DNA from: Promethearchaeum syntrophicum
GTDB taxonomy: Archaea; Asgardarchaeota; Lokiarchaeia; Sigyniarchaeales; Promethearchaeaceae
Direction: 5' to 3'
DNA: 32,000 nucleotides
Assembly (NCBI RefSeq): GCF_008000775.2
Contig: NZ_CP042905.2
Span: forward strand, 3,690,001 to 3,722,000
A model generated the notes under the pieces. That model was not told where the DNA came from, made no database searches, and saw nothing but the letters and a program-made list of their open reading frames with translations. Positions 1-8,235 of the stretch are shown here, one piece after another; position 1 is the stretch's first letter, and each line of letters begins with the position of its first letter. The translations under genes and the position numbers were made by a program.

Positions 1-201
1 TAAAGGTTCTTCAATCTCTTCATATCTAGATAAATTTTCTTCAAGAATATCCGATTCAATAAGCTTGAATACAAACTCCAGTGAATTACGATCTAAAAAA
101 GAGCAAAAAACCAGCATTACTATTGACTCGTATTCATTAGCCCTTTTTAATTCGTGTTCCTCATACCATTCTTCTAGAAGCATAATCTTATATTTTACCA
201 T
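1..201 (-). CDS. hypothetical protein, N-terminal fragment (gene runs off the left edge)
   Basis: Hand translation of the minus strand from the ATG at 201 gives an open 67-codon frame to position 1 (MVKYKIMLLEEWYEEHELKRANEYESIVMLVF...RYEEIEEPL). It looks more protein-like than the Ser-rich, low-complexity + strand ORF 65..259 that overlaps it. No family recognised. Confidence 0.35.
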   Translation of the reverse strand, partial: MVKYKIMLLEEWYEEHELKRANEYESIVMLVFCSFLDRNSLEFVFKLIESDILEENLSRYEEIEEPL

Positions 202-553
202 CAAATCAACACCATCTTCGATATTTAACCTTTTTTTTTCATATCCAACACCTTTATGATTTACTCATTTTCTAGATTTTTGTCGGTGATTATGGAGGAG
301 GTTTTCAATTTCGTTCCCCATAAAAATTTAAATAATGAAAATTTTGAATAATAAATAAAATTCCGACAATAATTGTATTAATAATCTAACCAATATCTGT
401 TGGAGTTTGAGATTTTATATGAATAATCACATTATTTGATCGTACTGTATTATCAAGCATAATTATCTTTAATTTGAGATAATAAAAATTACGAAAAAAA
501 CTCTTGGACAACATAATTCCAAAAGAATAAACTTGGGATCCAGGATAAAGTTC

Positions 554-1210
554 TTACTCTAATTCATCTAAAATCGATTTGATATTTTCATGAATACTCG
601 GATTTGTATATATCAAATTCATCCACAGAACCGATTCAAGAATTCTGTTTAACTCCAAGTAATCTATATCCTTAATTCTTTCCAATTTTTGAATTGGAAT
701 AACACGTAGCATCTCCAGTAATGCACTTTCTTTCTTTATTATGAGATCAGACATTTTCTTAAAAAAAGGTGGAAAATCGATATCCTTACCTAGTAAAATC
801 TCAAGAAAACAACTCATTCCTGTGCAATATTGTTGAAGAATTCCATGAACATCAGAATCCATTCGATTTTCTTCAGAAATGAATTTTTGATTCAAATAAA
901 ACTTAGAAGAACGTATATATAAATTATAACTCGAGAGTTTCTGGTCAGGTTGCACAATAACCCTTTTACCTGCAAGATGAATTAAATTCTTTTTTGTGAG
1001 AAAATTTAAATAACGATATATTGTTTTTTTTGATTTCGAAATTGTGGAATTAGAGAAGATTTCAAGTATTTCTTCAACAGTTTTAGGGGAATTACGAAGA
1101 AAGGTAAAAATTTTTGAATAATGTTCATCCAAAAGGATATTTAATTCATCTTTGCTTAAGATTTGAACTGCTTTTTGCTTATAAGTTAGAACATCCTTAG
1201 TTGACTCCAT
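554..1210 (-). CDS. putative winged-helix DNA-binding protein (ArsR/TrmB-like wHTH plus unknown C-terminal domain)
   Basis: The track ORF 554..1282 starts at a GTG. The first ATG is at 1210 (MESTKDVL...) and removes the 32-nt head-on overlap with the 1251 gene, so I place the start there; 1282 remains possible. TVEEILEIFSNSTISKSKKTIYRYLNFLTKKNLIHLAGKR reads as helix-turn-helix plus wing. Confidence 0.55.
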   Translation of the reverse strand: MESTKDVLTYKQKAVQILSKDELNILLDEHYSKIFTFLRNSPKTVEEILEIFSNSTISKSKKTIYRYLNFLTKKNLIHLAGKRVIVQPDQKLSSYNLYIRSSKFYLNQKFISEENRMDSDVHGILQQYCTGMSCFLEILLGKDIDFPPFFKKMSDLIIKKESALLEMLRVIPIQKLERIKDIDYLELNRILESVLWMNLIYTNPSIHENIKSILDELE

Positions 1211-1250
1211 AAAAAAACTTAAATGATCAATCAATTTATTTATTCTTATT

Positions 1251-2546
1251 ATGCAAGAATCATTCTCAAAAAATGAGAACACATCAAAAAAGAATTCTCC
1301 TTACTGGACACCTCAAAAACGATCAGATTTACTCGTTTTAATAAGGAACTTGATTAATCAAAAATATATTATTCCAGAGATCGCTAAAAAATTAGATGAA
1401 TATTTATCTTCCGCTGAAAATCTACGTCAATTTATAGAAATTCCAGACCCGATACTCTTTGCTCAAACTCTTACAGAAAAACTTCAAAGGGAGTCAAAAG
1501 ATTTTCATTTCTGGATAGAATATTCATCAACACCCAAAATTTCTTCCGGAGAACATAAAGATGAGAAAATTGAGACAGAAATTGAAAAGGATTTGTATTT
1601 TAACCTTCAAAAATATCGAAACGGAAATTTAATCGAAGTAAAACGATTACCCGGCAATATTGGCTATTTCCGTTTGGATGAATTTCCAGAAGTCGAATTG
1701 TTTGGTGAAACTTTTCTTGCTGGGATGCGTTTTCTAGAAAATACAGATGCGATAATTTTTGATGTAAGATATAACGGAGGCGGCAACGCTGATTTCGTAC
1801 AAATTATGGTGAGTTATTTCTTTGAGGGTGATCCAAAATTACTCTACCATTTTGAAGATACCGAAAGCACAGAAATAGTGCAGATGTGGACTTTACCTCT
1901 TGTTGGTGTAAAAAAGCAACCTAAAAAGATAATTTCAATTCTAACCAGTGGGAGGTCGGCATCAGGTGCTGAAGATTTTGCTTATACCATGCAATCTCAG
2001 AATCGGGCAAAAATTGTAGGAGAACCCACTCGGGGAGCCGCTAATAATCCAAAATTATTCTTCTTGGATGATCATTTCTCAATTGAACTTCCTATTGGTC
2101 GACCTGTGAATGCGGTGACCAATACAAATTGGGAACAAAAAGGTGTGATCCCAGATCTAAAAGTGTCTCAGGAAAAGGCATTAGAATCAGCCCACCTTGA
2201 TTTAATAAACCAAATGAAAGAAAAAATTGAAAATCCTGCTGTTAAAAAACTACTGGAATTTGAAATGGGATATGTCCATGCGTACTATTCTGCACAAGAG
2301 ATTTCCAAGGAATTAGCGAGTACATTAACAGGAGATTATGGTCCTTCTTCGGTTAGATATCAAGAAGGACAATTATATTTTACCCGAAAAAATCTGATTT
2401 TTCCGCTAAAAACTGTCGATTTCCTCAATTATTATTGTAATGAACAGCAAAGGATTCAATTTAAGACAGACACTGAAGGAAATTATTTACTATTGGAAAT
2501 CAGAGATTATGAAAATCCTCTAAAATTAAAAAAAAAAATCCCATGA
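1251..2546 (+). CDS. S41-family serine peptidase (IRBP-like / tricorn-core-like)
   Basis: ATG start. The N-terminal segment LINQKYIIPEIAKKLDEYL...PDPILFAQTLTEKLQRESKDFHF resembles the N-domain of IRBP-type S41 peptidases. The core blocks GNIGYFRLDEF, IIFDVRYNGGGN and TSGRSASGAEDF...VGEPTRGAAN match the S41 catalytic region. Confidence 0.8.
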   Translation: MQESFSKNENTSKKNSPYWTPQKRSDLLVLIRNLINQKYIIPEIAKKLDEYLSSAENLRQFIEIPDPILFAQTLTEKLQRESKDFHFWIEYSSTPKISSGEHKDEKIETEIEKDLYFNLQKYRNGNLIEVKRLPGNIGYFRLDEFPEVELFGETFLAGMRFLENTDAIIFDVRYNGGGNADFVQIMVSYFFEGDPKLLYHFEDTESTEIVQMWTLPLVGVKKQPKKIISILTSGRSASGAEDFAYTMQSQNRAKIVGEPTRGAANNPKLFFLDDHFSIELPIGRPVNAVTNTNWEQKGVIPDLKVSQEKALESAHLDLINQMKEKIENPAVKKLLEFEMGYVHAYYSAQEISKELASTLTGDYGPSSVRYQEGQLYFTRKNLIFPLKTVDFLNYYCNEQQRIQFKTDTEGNYLLLEIRDYENPLKLKKKIP

Positions 2547-2575
2547 AAAAATATGGAATAGAATAATGAAGCATT

Positions 2576-4231
2576 TCATGATAGGCAATTTCCACATTTA
2601 CCACAAAATTTGTTGGTTACATTTGTTATTCTGGTTCCACATTGATTACAGAATTTTGTTGGAATATTGTAAGATGTCTCAACTAAGTTAACATTATAAT
2701 TTTCGCCTTCTTTTTGTACTGCGTAATACAAGATAGAATCATTTTGAGTAAATTTCACAGAATTTTTACCATTGTTAAATATCCTGGTGAATATAGGTCC
2801 TTCCATATCATCTATTAAAACGCAATTATATAATTTGGCACCTACTTTCTTATTTACAACAAAAACTACATGTTTACTATCCTCACTATAGAATATATCG
2901 TTATATGAACCCATATAACTGCTGTTTTTCTTTCCATCAACTACAATATAAATCACATTACCTAATTTACCTGCATATGCATAATGATTACTATCTGGAC
3001 TAAACACAACAGATGAAACAAAACCATCATAAGGTCCATCAAATTTCCCATCAATGCACATATACTGTTTTCCTCCTCTTACAACAAAATAAGCTAATCT
3101 TTTCCCATCGGGGCTAAATACCGGAGCATCTCCTCCAATTCCATCAAACCATCCATGTTCTTCATCATCTACCATAAGTTTCCATTGATTTTTTAAATTA
3201 TTACCAGCATAACCCATATGTTTACCATCATTACTAAATTTAAGACCTTGTTTTCCAATTAAATAAAATTGTTTTTCAAAGTATTTTTCTTGATAATAAA
3301 TTGCAGAATTTTGCTCATTAAATCTTACGCTATAAGCTAAATCTTGTGTTATTGGATTAAAGGTTAAACTACCACAAGAAAAATATGCTTCCGATTCAAT
3401 ATCATCATGAACTACAAAATATTGTTTTCCTCTTCTACCAATAAAAGCATAATGTTGGCTATCAGGGCTGAATAAAAACATTGAAAGCCCATCAAATTCG
3501 GGACTCTCTTTACCATCAATAACCCATACTTGTCTTTTATTAGCATAGGGATCTGCATTCCATAATTGATTTACGATTTGATTTGTATCTCCTGATATTT
3601 TATCATGAGATTTTTGTTTAATATCTCCTTTAATAGCAGGATATGCAAATCTTTTCGAATTTGGGCTAAAAATAGGAGGTTTAAGTATATGAATATAATC
3701 TTGCTGTTCTACGCCATCAATTACTACAAACATTTTAAGATTATGTGTGTGTTTTTCAATCCCATGTTGAGTAATTGTTACTAAACTTGTCAATCCTCCT
3801 CCAAACTGAGCATTTTCATGTTCTTTTTCAGCAACAAATGCAAATTTTTTATTGTCCGGACTAAAAACAGCATTTGTGTGAATATTTTCATAAGGACCAT
3901 AGTTTTTTTCATCAATTTGAATGAAAGATTGTTTTACTCCAAACTCAATTGTACCATCCTTCCCAATAATCGGAAATGTATGATAAATATAAGAGAAATG
4001 TTCCCCATCAGTACTAAATTCAGGAACAGCTTTTAAAAAATCATGCTGTCTAATCTTTTTATTGTTTATCATGAGCCAACATAGTTTTTCATTATTAGGT
4101 GTTTTTATTATTGTATCAGGAAACTCAAAATGAATAACTTTTTCAAATTTTGGGCTGAATGCAATTGATTCTAACATATTACATGTTGCTACTTTACCTC
4201 CAATATTAATTTCTTTTTTAACATCAGACAA
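2576..4231 (-). CDS. PD40/TolB-type beta-propeller repeat protein with C-terminal zinc ribbon
   Basis: TTG start at 4231; the next in-frame ATG is codon 19. There are about 10-11 degenerate ~40-aa units built on FSPD(G/S/N)K..A(Y/F)...(V/I)DG: FSPDNKKFAF, FSPNSKRFAY, FSPDSQHYAF, FSNDGKHMGY, FSPDGKRLAY, FSPDSNHYAY. The C-terminus CNQCGTRITNVTNKFCGKCGNC is CxxC-x11-CxxC. No TM segment or signal peptide seen. Confidence 0.8.
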   Translation of the reverse strand: MSDVKKEINIGGKVATCNMLESIAFSPKFEKVIHFEFPDTIIKTPNNEKLCWLMINNKKIRQHDFLKAVPEFSTDGEHFSYIYHTFPIIGKDGTIEFGVKQSFIQIDEKNYGPYENIHTNAVFSPDNKKFAFVAEKEHENAQFGGGLTSLVTITQHGIEKHTHNLKMFVVIDGVEQQDYIHILKPPIFSPNSKRFAYPAIKGDIKQKSHDKISGDTNQIVNQLWNADPYANKRQVWVIDGKESPEFDGLSMFLFSPDSQHYAFIGRRGKQYFVVHDDIESEAYFSCGSLTFNPITQDLAYSVRFNEQNSAIYYQEKYFEKQFYLIGKQGLKFSNDGKHMGYAGNNLKNQWKLMVDDEEHGWFDGIGGDAPVFSPDGKRLAYFVVRGGKQYMCIDGKFDGPYDGFVSSVVFSPDSNHYAYAGKLGNVIYIVVDGKKNSSYMGSYNDIFYSEDSKHVVFVVNKKVGAKLYNCVLIDDMEGPIFTRIFNNGKNSVKFTQNDSILYYAVQKEGENYNVNLVETSYNIPTKFCNQCGTRITNVTNKFCGKCGNCLS

Positions 4232-4499
4232 AGCATATTGAATTATTTTATTAGATTTGGTTGGTAATGGAATTTTTAATCACCTATTATAAGAAAGTTT
4301 TTTCGGTTTTCTTCTTTATAACAAAAATGGGTTATTTAAAAAGCTTCTTTATTTCAATATTGAAAGAGAATCTAAAGAGAAAAATAGGTTTTCATAACTG
4401 AAAATTCCAGTACAGAATTCAAATTATAAGATTTGAAGAATTTTAGGTTTATAGTGTAATAAAAACTAAACTAAAAAAAGGGAAAAAAAAGTTTTAACT

Positions 4500-5309
4500 C
4501 TATACAGGAATATCCCGTTTTGTGAAATAAACTACTGCAATTGTGCTTAAAACCACGGAGTATGCAAACAATATCAATATATTCCCAAGAGCGCCTGTGA
4601 ATACTCCATCAACTAAGATAGTTCTTGTATCGAAAAAAGTAAAGAAACTCATATATTCTATATTTTCAATTGGAATACTTCCACTATATGCGGAGATAAA
4701 CCATAGTCCCATCACAATTGCAAATCCCACAATTGTAGCTTTCTTTCTTCCCAATGTTGTCGAAATTAGTAATACTGTACTTTCTATGGCTAATAATAGT
4801 ATCGCTAAGCAAACGAAAGATAAAATAAAACCACCTATATGAACCTCATTAGCATTAACATTTGGATTCACGAAGATTGCAATTATTGTAAATAATGCCG
4901 AAAACAATATCGCGGAAAAAATGGTTATTATATGTTGAAGCTGCTTTCCAAATACGAATTCCCAGCGTTTAATTGGTTTAGAAAGAACTAAATCGATTGT
5001 TTTATTTTCCATCTCCCCTGGAATATCTTGAGATACCATTAATATGATATATAGACCATACCACATCCATGCGAATTCGAAAATATACATGTTGAAGAAA
5101 CCTTCGAAAATTGATAAATCTACAATTCCCCCTATCAGATCTAAGAATTCTGGAGGCACGCTGGACATTATATCATTATATTCAGAGAATAAAGTTGGTT
5201 CAAAAATTGAACTCATTATTAGAATAAAGCCTCCAACCAGTCCAGAAAATATTAAGATAGATTTATAATGACGTTTAAGTTCAAATTTTAGAACACTAAA
5301 GATTTCCAT
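4500..5309 (-). CDS. ABC-2 type transporter permease
   Basis: 269 aa with about 6 hydrophobic spans, an N-terminal TM followed by a long loop, then clustered TMs. The ATG lies 3 nt after the stop of the upstream ATPase gene and is preceded by GAGGAAGA, which suggests translational coupling. Confidence 0.8.
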   Translation of the reverse strand: MEIFSVLKFELKRHYKSILIFSGLVGGFILIMSSIFEPTLFSEYNDIMSSVPPEFLDLIGGIVDLSIFEGFFNMYIFEFAWMWYGLYIILMVSQDIPGEMENKTIDLVLSKPIKRWEFVFGKQLQHIITIFSAILFSALFTIIAIFVNPNVNANEVHIGGFILSFVCLAILLLAIESTVLLISTTLGRKKATIVGFAIVMGLWFISAYSGSIPIENIEYMSFFTFFDTRTILVDGVFTGALGNILILFAYSVVLSTIAVVYFTKRDIPV

Positions 5310-5312
5310 TTT

Positions 5313-6239
5313 CTATTCTTCCTCCTTCTTTTCTTCTTCTAAATCTTGTTTGATACTATAATATCTCATAAAAATATCTTCCAATGCAGGGCTCGTTATA
5401 TTTAAATCAGAATATTTCGCATTAGATAGAATTTGAAATATGTTTGGTAAATTAGTAGTTGAACATACAAAATCTAGATGAGATTCTTTAATCATTAGAT
5501 TTTCGATTAAATCTTCTGGTATTTGGTTTACAATTACATCCGGTTCATCTGTGAATATCTCAATTCTCTTAAGAGATAATTTTTTCAGTTCTGCTATAGT
5601 TGAAACTTCAACAAGAGTTCCATCTCGGATAATCCCAACTCTATCAGCAACTTTTTCAACTTCTGGAAGTAAGTGAGATGATAAGAAAACTGTTGCGCCT
5701 GTTTCTTCCTGTCTTTCACGAAGTATTTTATAAAATTCCATTTGCATTAATGGATCTAATCCGCTTGTTGGCTCATCTAACACATAAAGGTCAACATCAG
5801 GAGCAAGCACCATAATATTACCGATTTTTTGCTTGTTTCCTTTACTCAACTCTTTAACTTTTTTATCCATATTAAAATTTAATCGTTTGGCTAACTGTTC
5901 TACTTTATCCCATTCGACATCAACGTCATAAAGTGATAAAAGATATTTCAAATTTTGACGTCCAGTCATTTCAACATATAATCCCAATTCTCCCGGAAGA
6001 TAAGCAATTTTTTTCCTGATCTGCATTGATTCATTAGATATATCTAAACCAAATACCGAACCTTCCCCCGAAGTTTTATGCAAAAATCCTAATATAGTCC
6101 GGATTGTTGTAGTTTTTCCTGCACCATTCGGTCCCAAAAATCCGAAAATTTCTCCCTTTTTGACATTTAAATTCAGATTTTCTATACCCCGATGCTTTCC
6201 ATAAAATTTTGTTAAATTTTTACATTCAATAATGCTCAT
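5313..6239 (-). CDS. ABC transporter ATP-binding protein
   Basis: Walker A GPNGAGKTT, signature LSKGNKQK, Walker B LYVLDEPTSGLD, H-loop SSHLL. The track ORF starts at TTG 6257, but the ATG at 6239 (MSIIECKNLTKFYG) is preceded by GGTGG at about -10 to -6, so I prefer 6239. Confidence 0.93.
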   Translation of the reverse strand: MSIIECKNLTKFYGKHRGIENLNLNVKKGEIFGFLGPNGAGKTTTIRTILGFLHKTSGEGSVFGLDISNESMQIRKKIAYLPGELGLYVEMTGRQNLKYLLSLYDVDVEWDKVEQLAKRLNFNMDKKVKELSKGNKQKIGNIMVLAPDVDLYVLDEPTSGLDPLMQMEFYKILRERQEETGATVFLSSHLLPEVEKVADRVGIIRDGTLVEVSTIAELKKLSLKRIEIFTDEPDVIVNQIPEDLIENLMIKESHLDFVCSTTNLPNIFQILSNAKYSDLNITSPALEDIFMRYYSIKQDLEEEKKEEE

Positions 6240-6268
6240 TTGTTCCACCAAATTCAAATTTTAATATT

Positions 6269-6345
6269 CGTGAAAATTAAAATCTTCATGATCTATTGAG
6301 AAACATTGATATTTAAATCTTTTTAAATTTCATGAAAATTAAAAA
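6269..6345. promoter_or_regulatory. divergent promoter region with repeated TC(G/A)TGAAAATTAAAA motif (candidate operator)
   Basis: tcgtgaaaattaaaa (6269..6283) and tcatgaaaattaaaa (6331..6345) match at 14/15 positions and are spaced 62 bp apart. A third TCATGA core lies at 6287..6292. 6329..6338 tttcatgaaa is a perfect 10-bp palindrome. The region sits between the ABC operon and the two wHTH genes. Confidence 0.3.
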
Positions 6346-6380
6346 AACATATATTTGTGTTTTACTAATAAGCTTATAAT

Positions 6381-6890
6381 GTGAGTGAAGATGTCGAGAT
6401 AATTTTTAGAGATGTAGAGAAAAAATTAATAAGAATAATTACTGAAATGAGTTATCAAAAGGGGCGATCTACAACATTTTCAACTATAACAGCATATGCA
6501 TATGTTAGAGAAAAGGTAACACAGAAGATCTTACAAAAAATAACTGGATTCTCTAGAAGCACAATCTCTAATACCTTAGCAAAATTAGTTCAAGACGAAG
6601 TCCTCGTGAAACAATATAATTCTGAGAGTCGGGAATATATTTATCAAATAAAAGGAACTTTGGCATCAATTTTGGGGGCATCAACTGCTAATTTTGATGG
6701 TTATTTTTCAAAAATTGGAGATAAATTGAATGAGGTTGAGAGTAAACTAAATCAAGAAGGAATGAAAACTAAACAAGGTTATGAGAATATTCAGGATTTT
6801 ATCTCAAAAATGAAAATATTAATGCCAGCATATGAACATGTGATGAAGAAATATCAGATCCCGAAATCTAGTGAAAAAAAAGTTGATTAA
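6381..6890 (+). CDS. wHTH transcriptional regulator (MarR/GbsR-like), paralog 1
   Basis: GTG start with no in-frame ATG nearby. An A/T-rich TATA-like stretch (acatatatttg) lies about 29 nt upstream, so the mRNA may be leaderless. The HTH is VTQKILQKITGFSRSTISNTLAKLVQDEVLVKQ followed by a wing (REYIYQIKG). The C-terminal tail looks like a coiled coil. Confidence 0.7.
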   Translation: MSEDVEIIFRDVEKKLIRIITEMSYQKGRSTTFSTITAYAYVREKVTQKILQKITGFSRSTISNTLAKLVQDEVLVKQYNSESREYIYQIKGTLASILGASTANFDGYFSKIGDKLNEVESKLNQEGMKTKQGYENIQDFISKMKILMPAYEHVMKKYQIPKSSEKKVD

Positions 6891-6892
6891 AA

Positions 6893-7447
6893 ATGAGTCC
6901 AAATGCAAATTTCCAAGATCCAAACGGATTTGATCAAAAAATTGTTCAAATTGAGCGGGATCTTTTAGATTTTCTTATTGATGGGATGGTTAATGTCAGT
7001 GGTCGTAATCCCATTATAGCTACGACCATGGCGATTTTTTATACTCGTAAAGAGTTAACTCAACAAGATTTACAGATTTTAACCCAATATTCTGCTGGAA
7101 CGATATCAAAAACTGTTCGACAGTTAATAGATATGAAAATAATTACAAAGGAGATTATTCCAGGCACCCACAAACACATTTACAAAATGGAAAAATTACC
7201 TTATGGTTCCCCCTCCTATATTATGAATACTGGACAAATGATGAGCGGAATGACCAGTGATATTAAGAGCTTGAAAGAAACTCTTGATAAATACAAAGAA
7301 AAAATGAAAGAAATAAAAGGTTTTACTAAGGTTTATTCTATCATAGCTCAATTAAATAGAATATTAACAAGTGTTCCCCAATTTATGAAAATTCTTGAGG
7401 ATGAATTGGAAGAATATATTAGGGTTGAAGAAAGAAAAAACGAGTAA
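6893..7447 (+). CDS. wHTH transcriptional regulator (MarR/GbsR-like), paralog 2
   Basis: The ATG lies 2 nt after the stop of paralog 1. The HTH LTQQDLQILTQYSAGTISKTVRQLIDMKIITKE plus wing (HKHIYKMEK) aligns by eye with the upstream gene. It has the same helical, charged C-terminal tail. Confidence 0.7.
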   Translation: MSPNANFQDPNGFDQKIVQIERDLLDFLIDGMVNVSGRNPIIATTMAIFYTRKELTQQDLQILTQYSAGTISKTVRQLIDMKIITKEIIPGTHKHIYKMEKLPYGSPSYIMNTGQMMSGMTSDIKSLKETLDKYKEKMKEIKGFTKVYSIIAQLNRILTSVPQFMKILEDELEEYIRVEERKNE

Positions 7448-7487
7448 AAAATCATAAGCTTATAAACAACATAAAAAGTAAAAAAAA

Positions 7488-8177
7488 TCACCATATTTTT
7501 GGTAAGATTCGATATTTAGTCTGTTTCATATATTCTTCATACCCTTCAAGCTCTTCTGTTAAAAGTTGCTCTTCATCAGCTATTCGAAAATAAAGAAAAA
7601 CAAATATTACACTTAATGGAATTAATCCCCAATAAGATCCTAAAGCCAAAGGAGTAATTCCAAACATAATTATAACGGCTAAATACATTGGGTGTCTAAT
7701 AATTGCATATGGACCTGTGGTGATCACCTTTTGAACTCCTTTCTCGACTTTTACATTGTGAGCCGCATAACTATTTTCTCGCATTACCCAAAAGAAGAAC
7801 AAATACCCGAATGCAAATATTAAATCAGCCAAAATTACACCCCACACGGGAACATGTGACCATTCATATCTTTTATCAAATCCCGGAATTAAAAATATAC
7901 TCAAAAACAGAAGATTAGCTATGCTAATAACCCATTTTTGTTTCTTACGCTTCTCTTTCTTTTCTAAACGTCGTTTTAATAGTCCAGGATCATTTCGAAC
8001 CATATATATTAGGAAAACAATCATCATGCTTACAAATGTTCCAATATAAAGCCATGCTTCCCAATAATTAAAAGTCCATGCTGGGAGGAAAAAACACATT
8101 CCCAATAGGAGAAATAAAAATGAAAATTGACCAATTGCTTTAAACACGAGATTTTTTATATCTATTTCTTCGGTCAT
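7488..8177 (-). CDS. isoprenylcysteine carboxyl methyltransferase (ICMT/Ste14)-family membrane methyltransferase
   Basis: Multi-TM protein with the C-terminal family signature TTGPYAIIRHPMYLAVII...RIADEEQLLTEELEGYEEYMKQTKYRILPKIW. The track start at 8186 is TTG; the first ATG is 8177 (MTEEIDIK), which I prefer. Confidence 0.75.
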   Translation of the reverse strand: MTEEIDIKNLVFKAIGQFSFLFLLLGMCFFLPAWTFNYWEAWLYIGTFVSMMIVFLIYMVRNDPGLLKRRLEKKEKRKKQKWVISIANLLFLSIFLIPGFDKRYEWSHVPVWGVILADLIFAFGYLFFFWVMRENSYAAHNVKVEKGVQKVITTGPYAIIRHPMYLAVIIMFGITPLALGSYWGLIPLSVIFVFLYFRIADEEQLLTEELEGYEEYMKQTKYRILPKIW

Positions 8178-8235
8178 CTGAATCAATTCATAATAAGATA
8201 AGGAATTTTAAAAGAATTACCTAGGAAGGAATTTC

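Noticed and set aside
65-259. 64-aa + strand ORF at the left edge
   Set aside because: It is Ser-rich and low-complexity with no motif. The opposite strand carries a cleaner open frame from ATG 201 to the window edge, which I report instead at low confidence.
4543-5268. Antisense ORFs within the ABC-2 permease gene (4543..4842, 5044..5268), and similar short antisense ORFs at 3818..4036, 8315..8551, 13008..13208, 14530..15102, 17242..17445, 22295..22483, 26877..27077, 27550..27817, 28061..28667 and 31090..31293
   Set aside because: Each lies within, or largely overlaps, a longer ORF that has recognisable family motifs or membrane topology. None shows a motif of its own.
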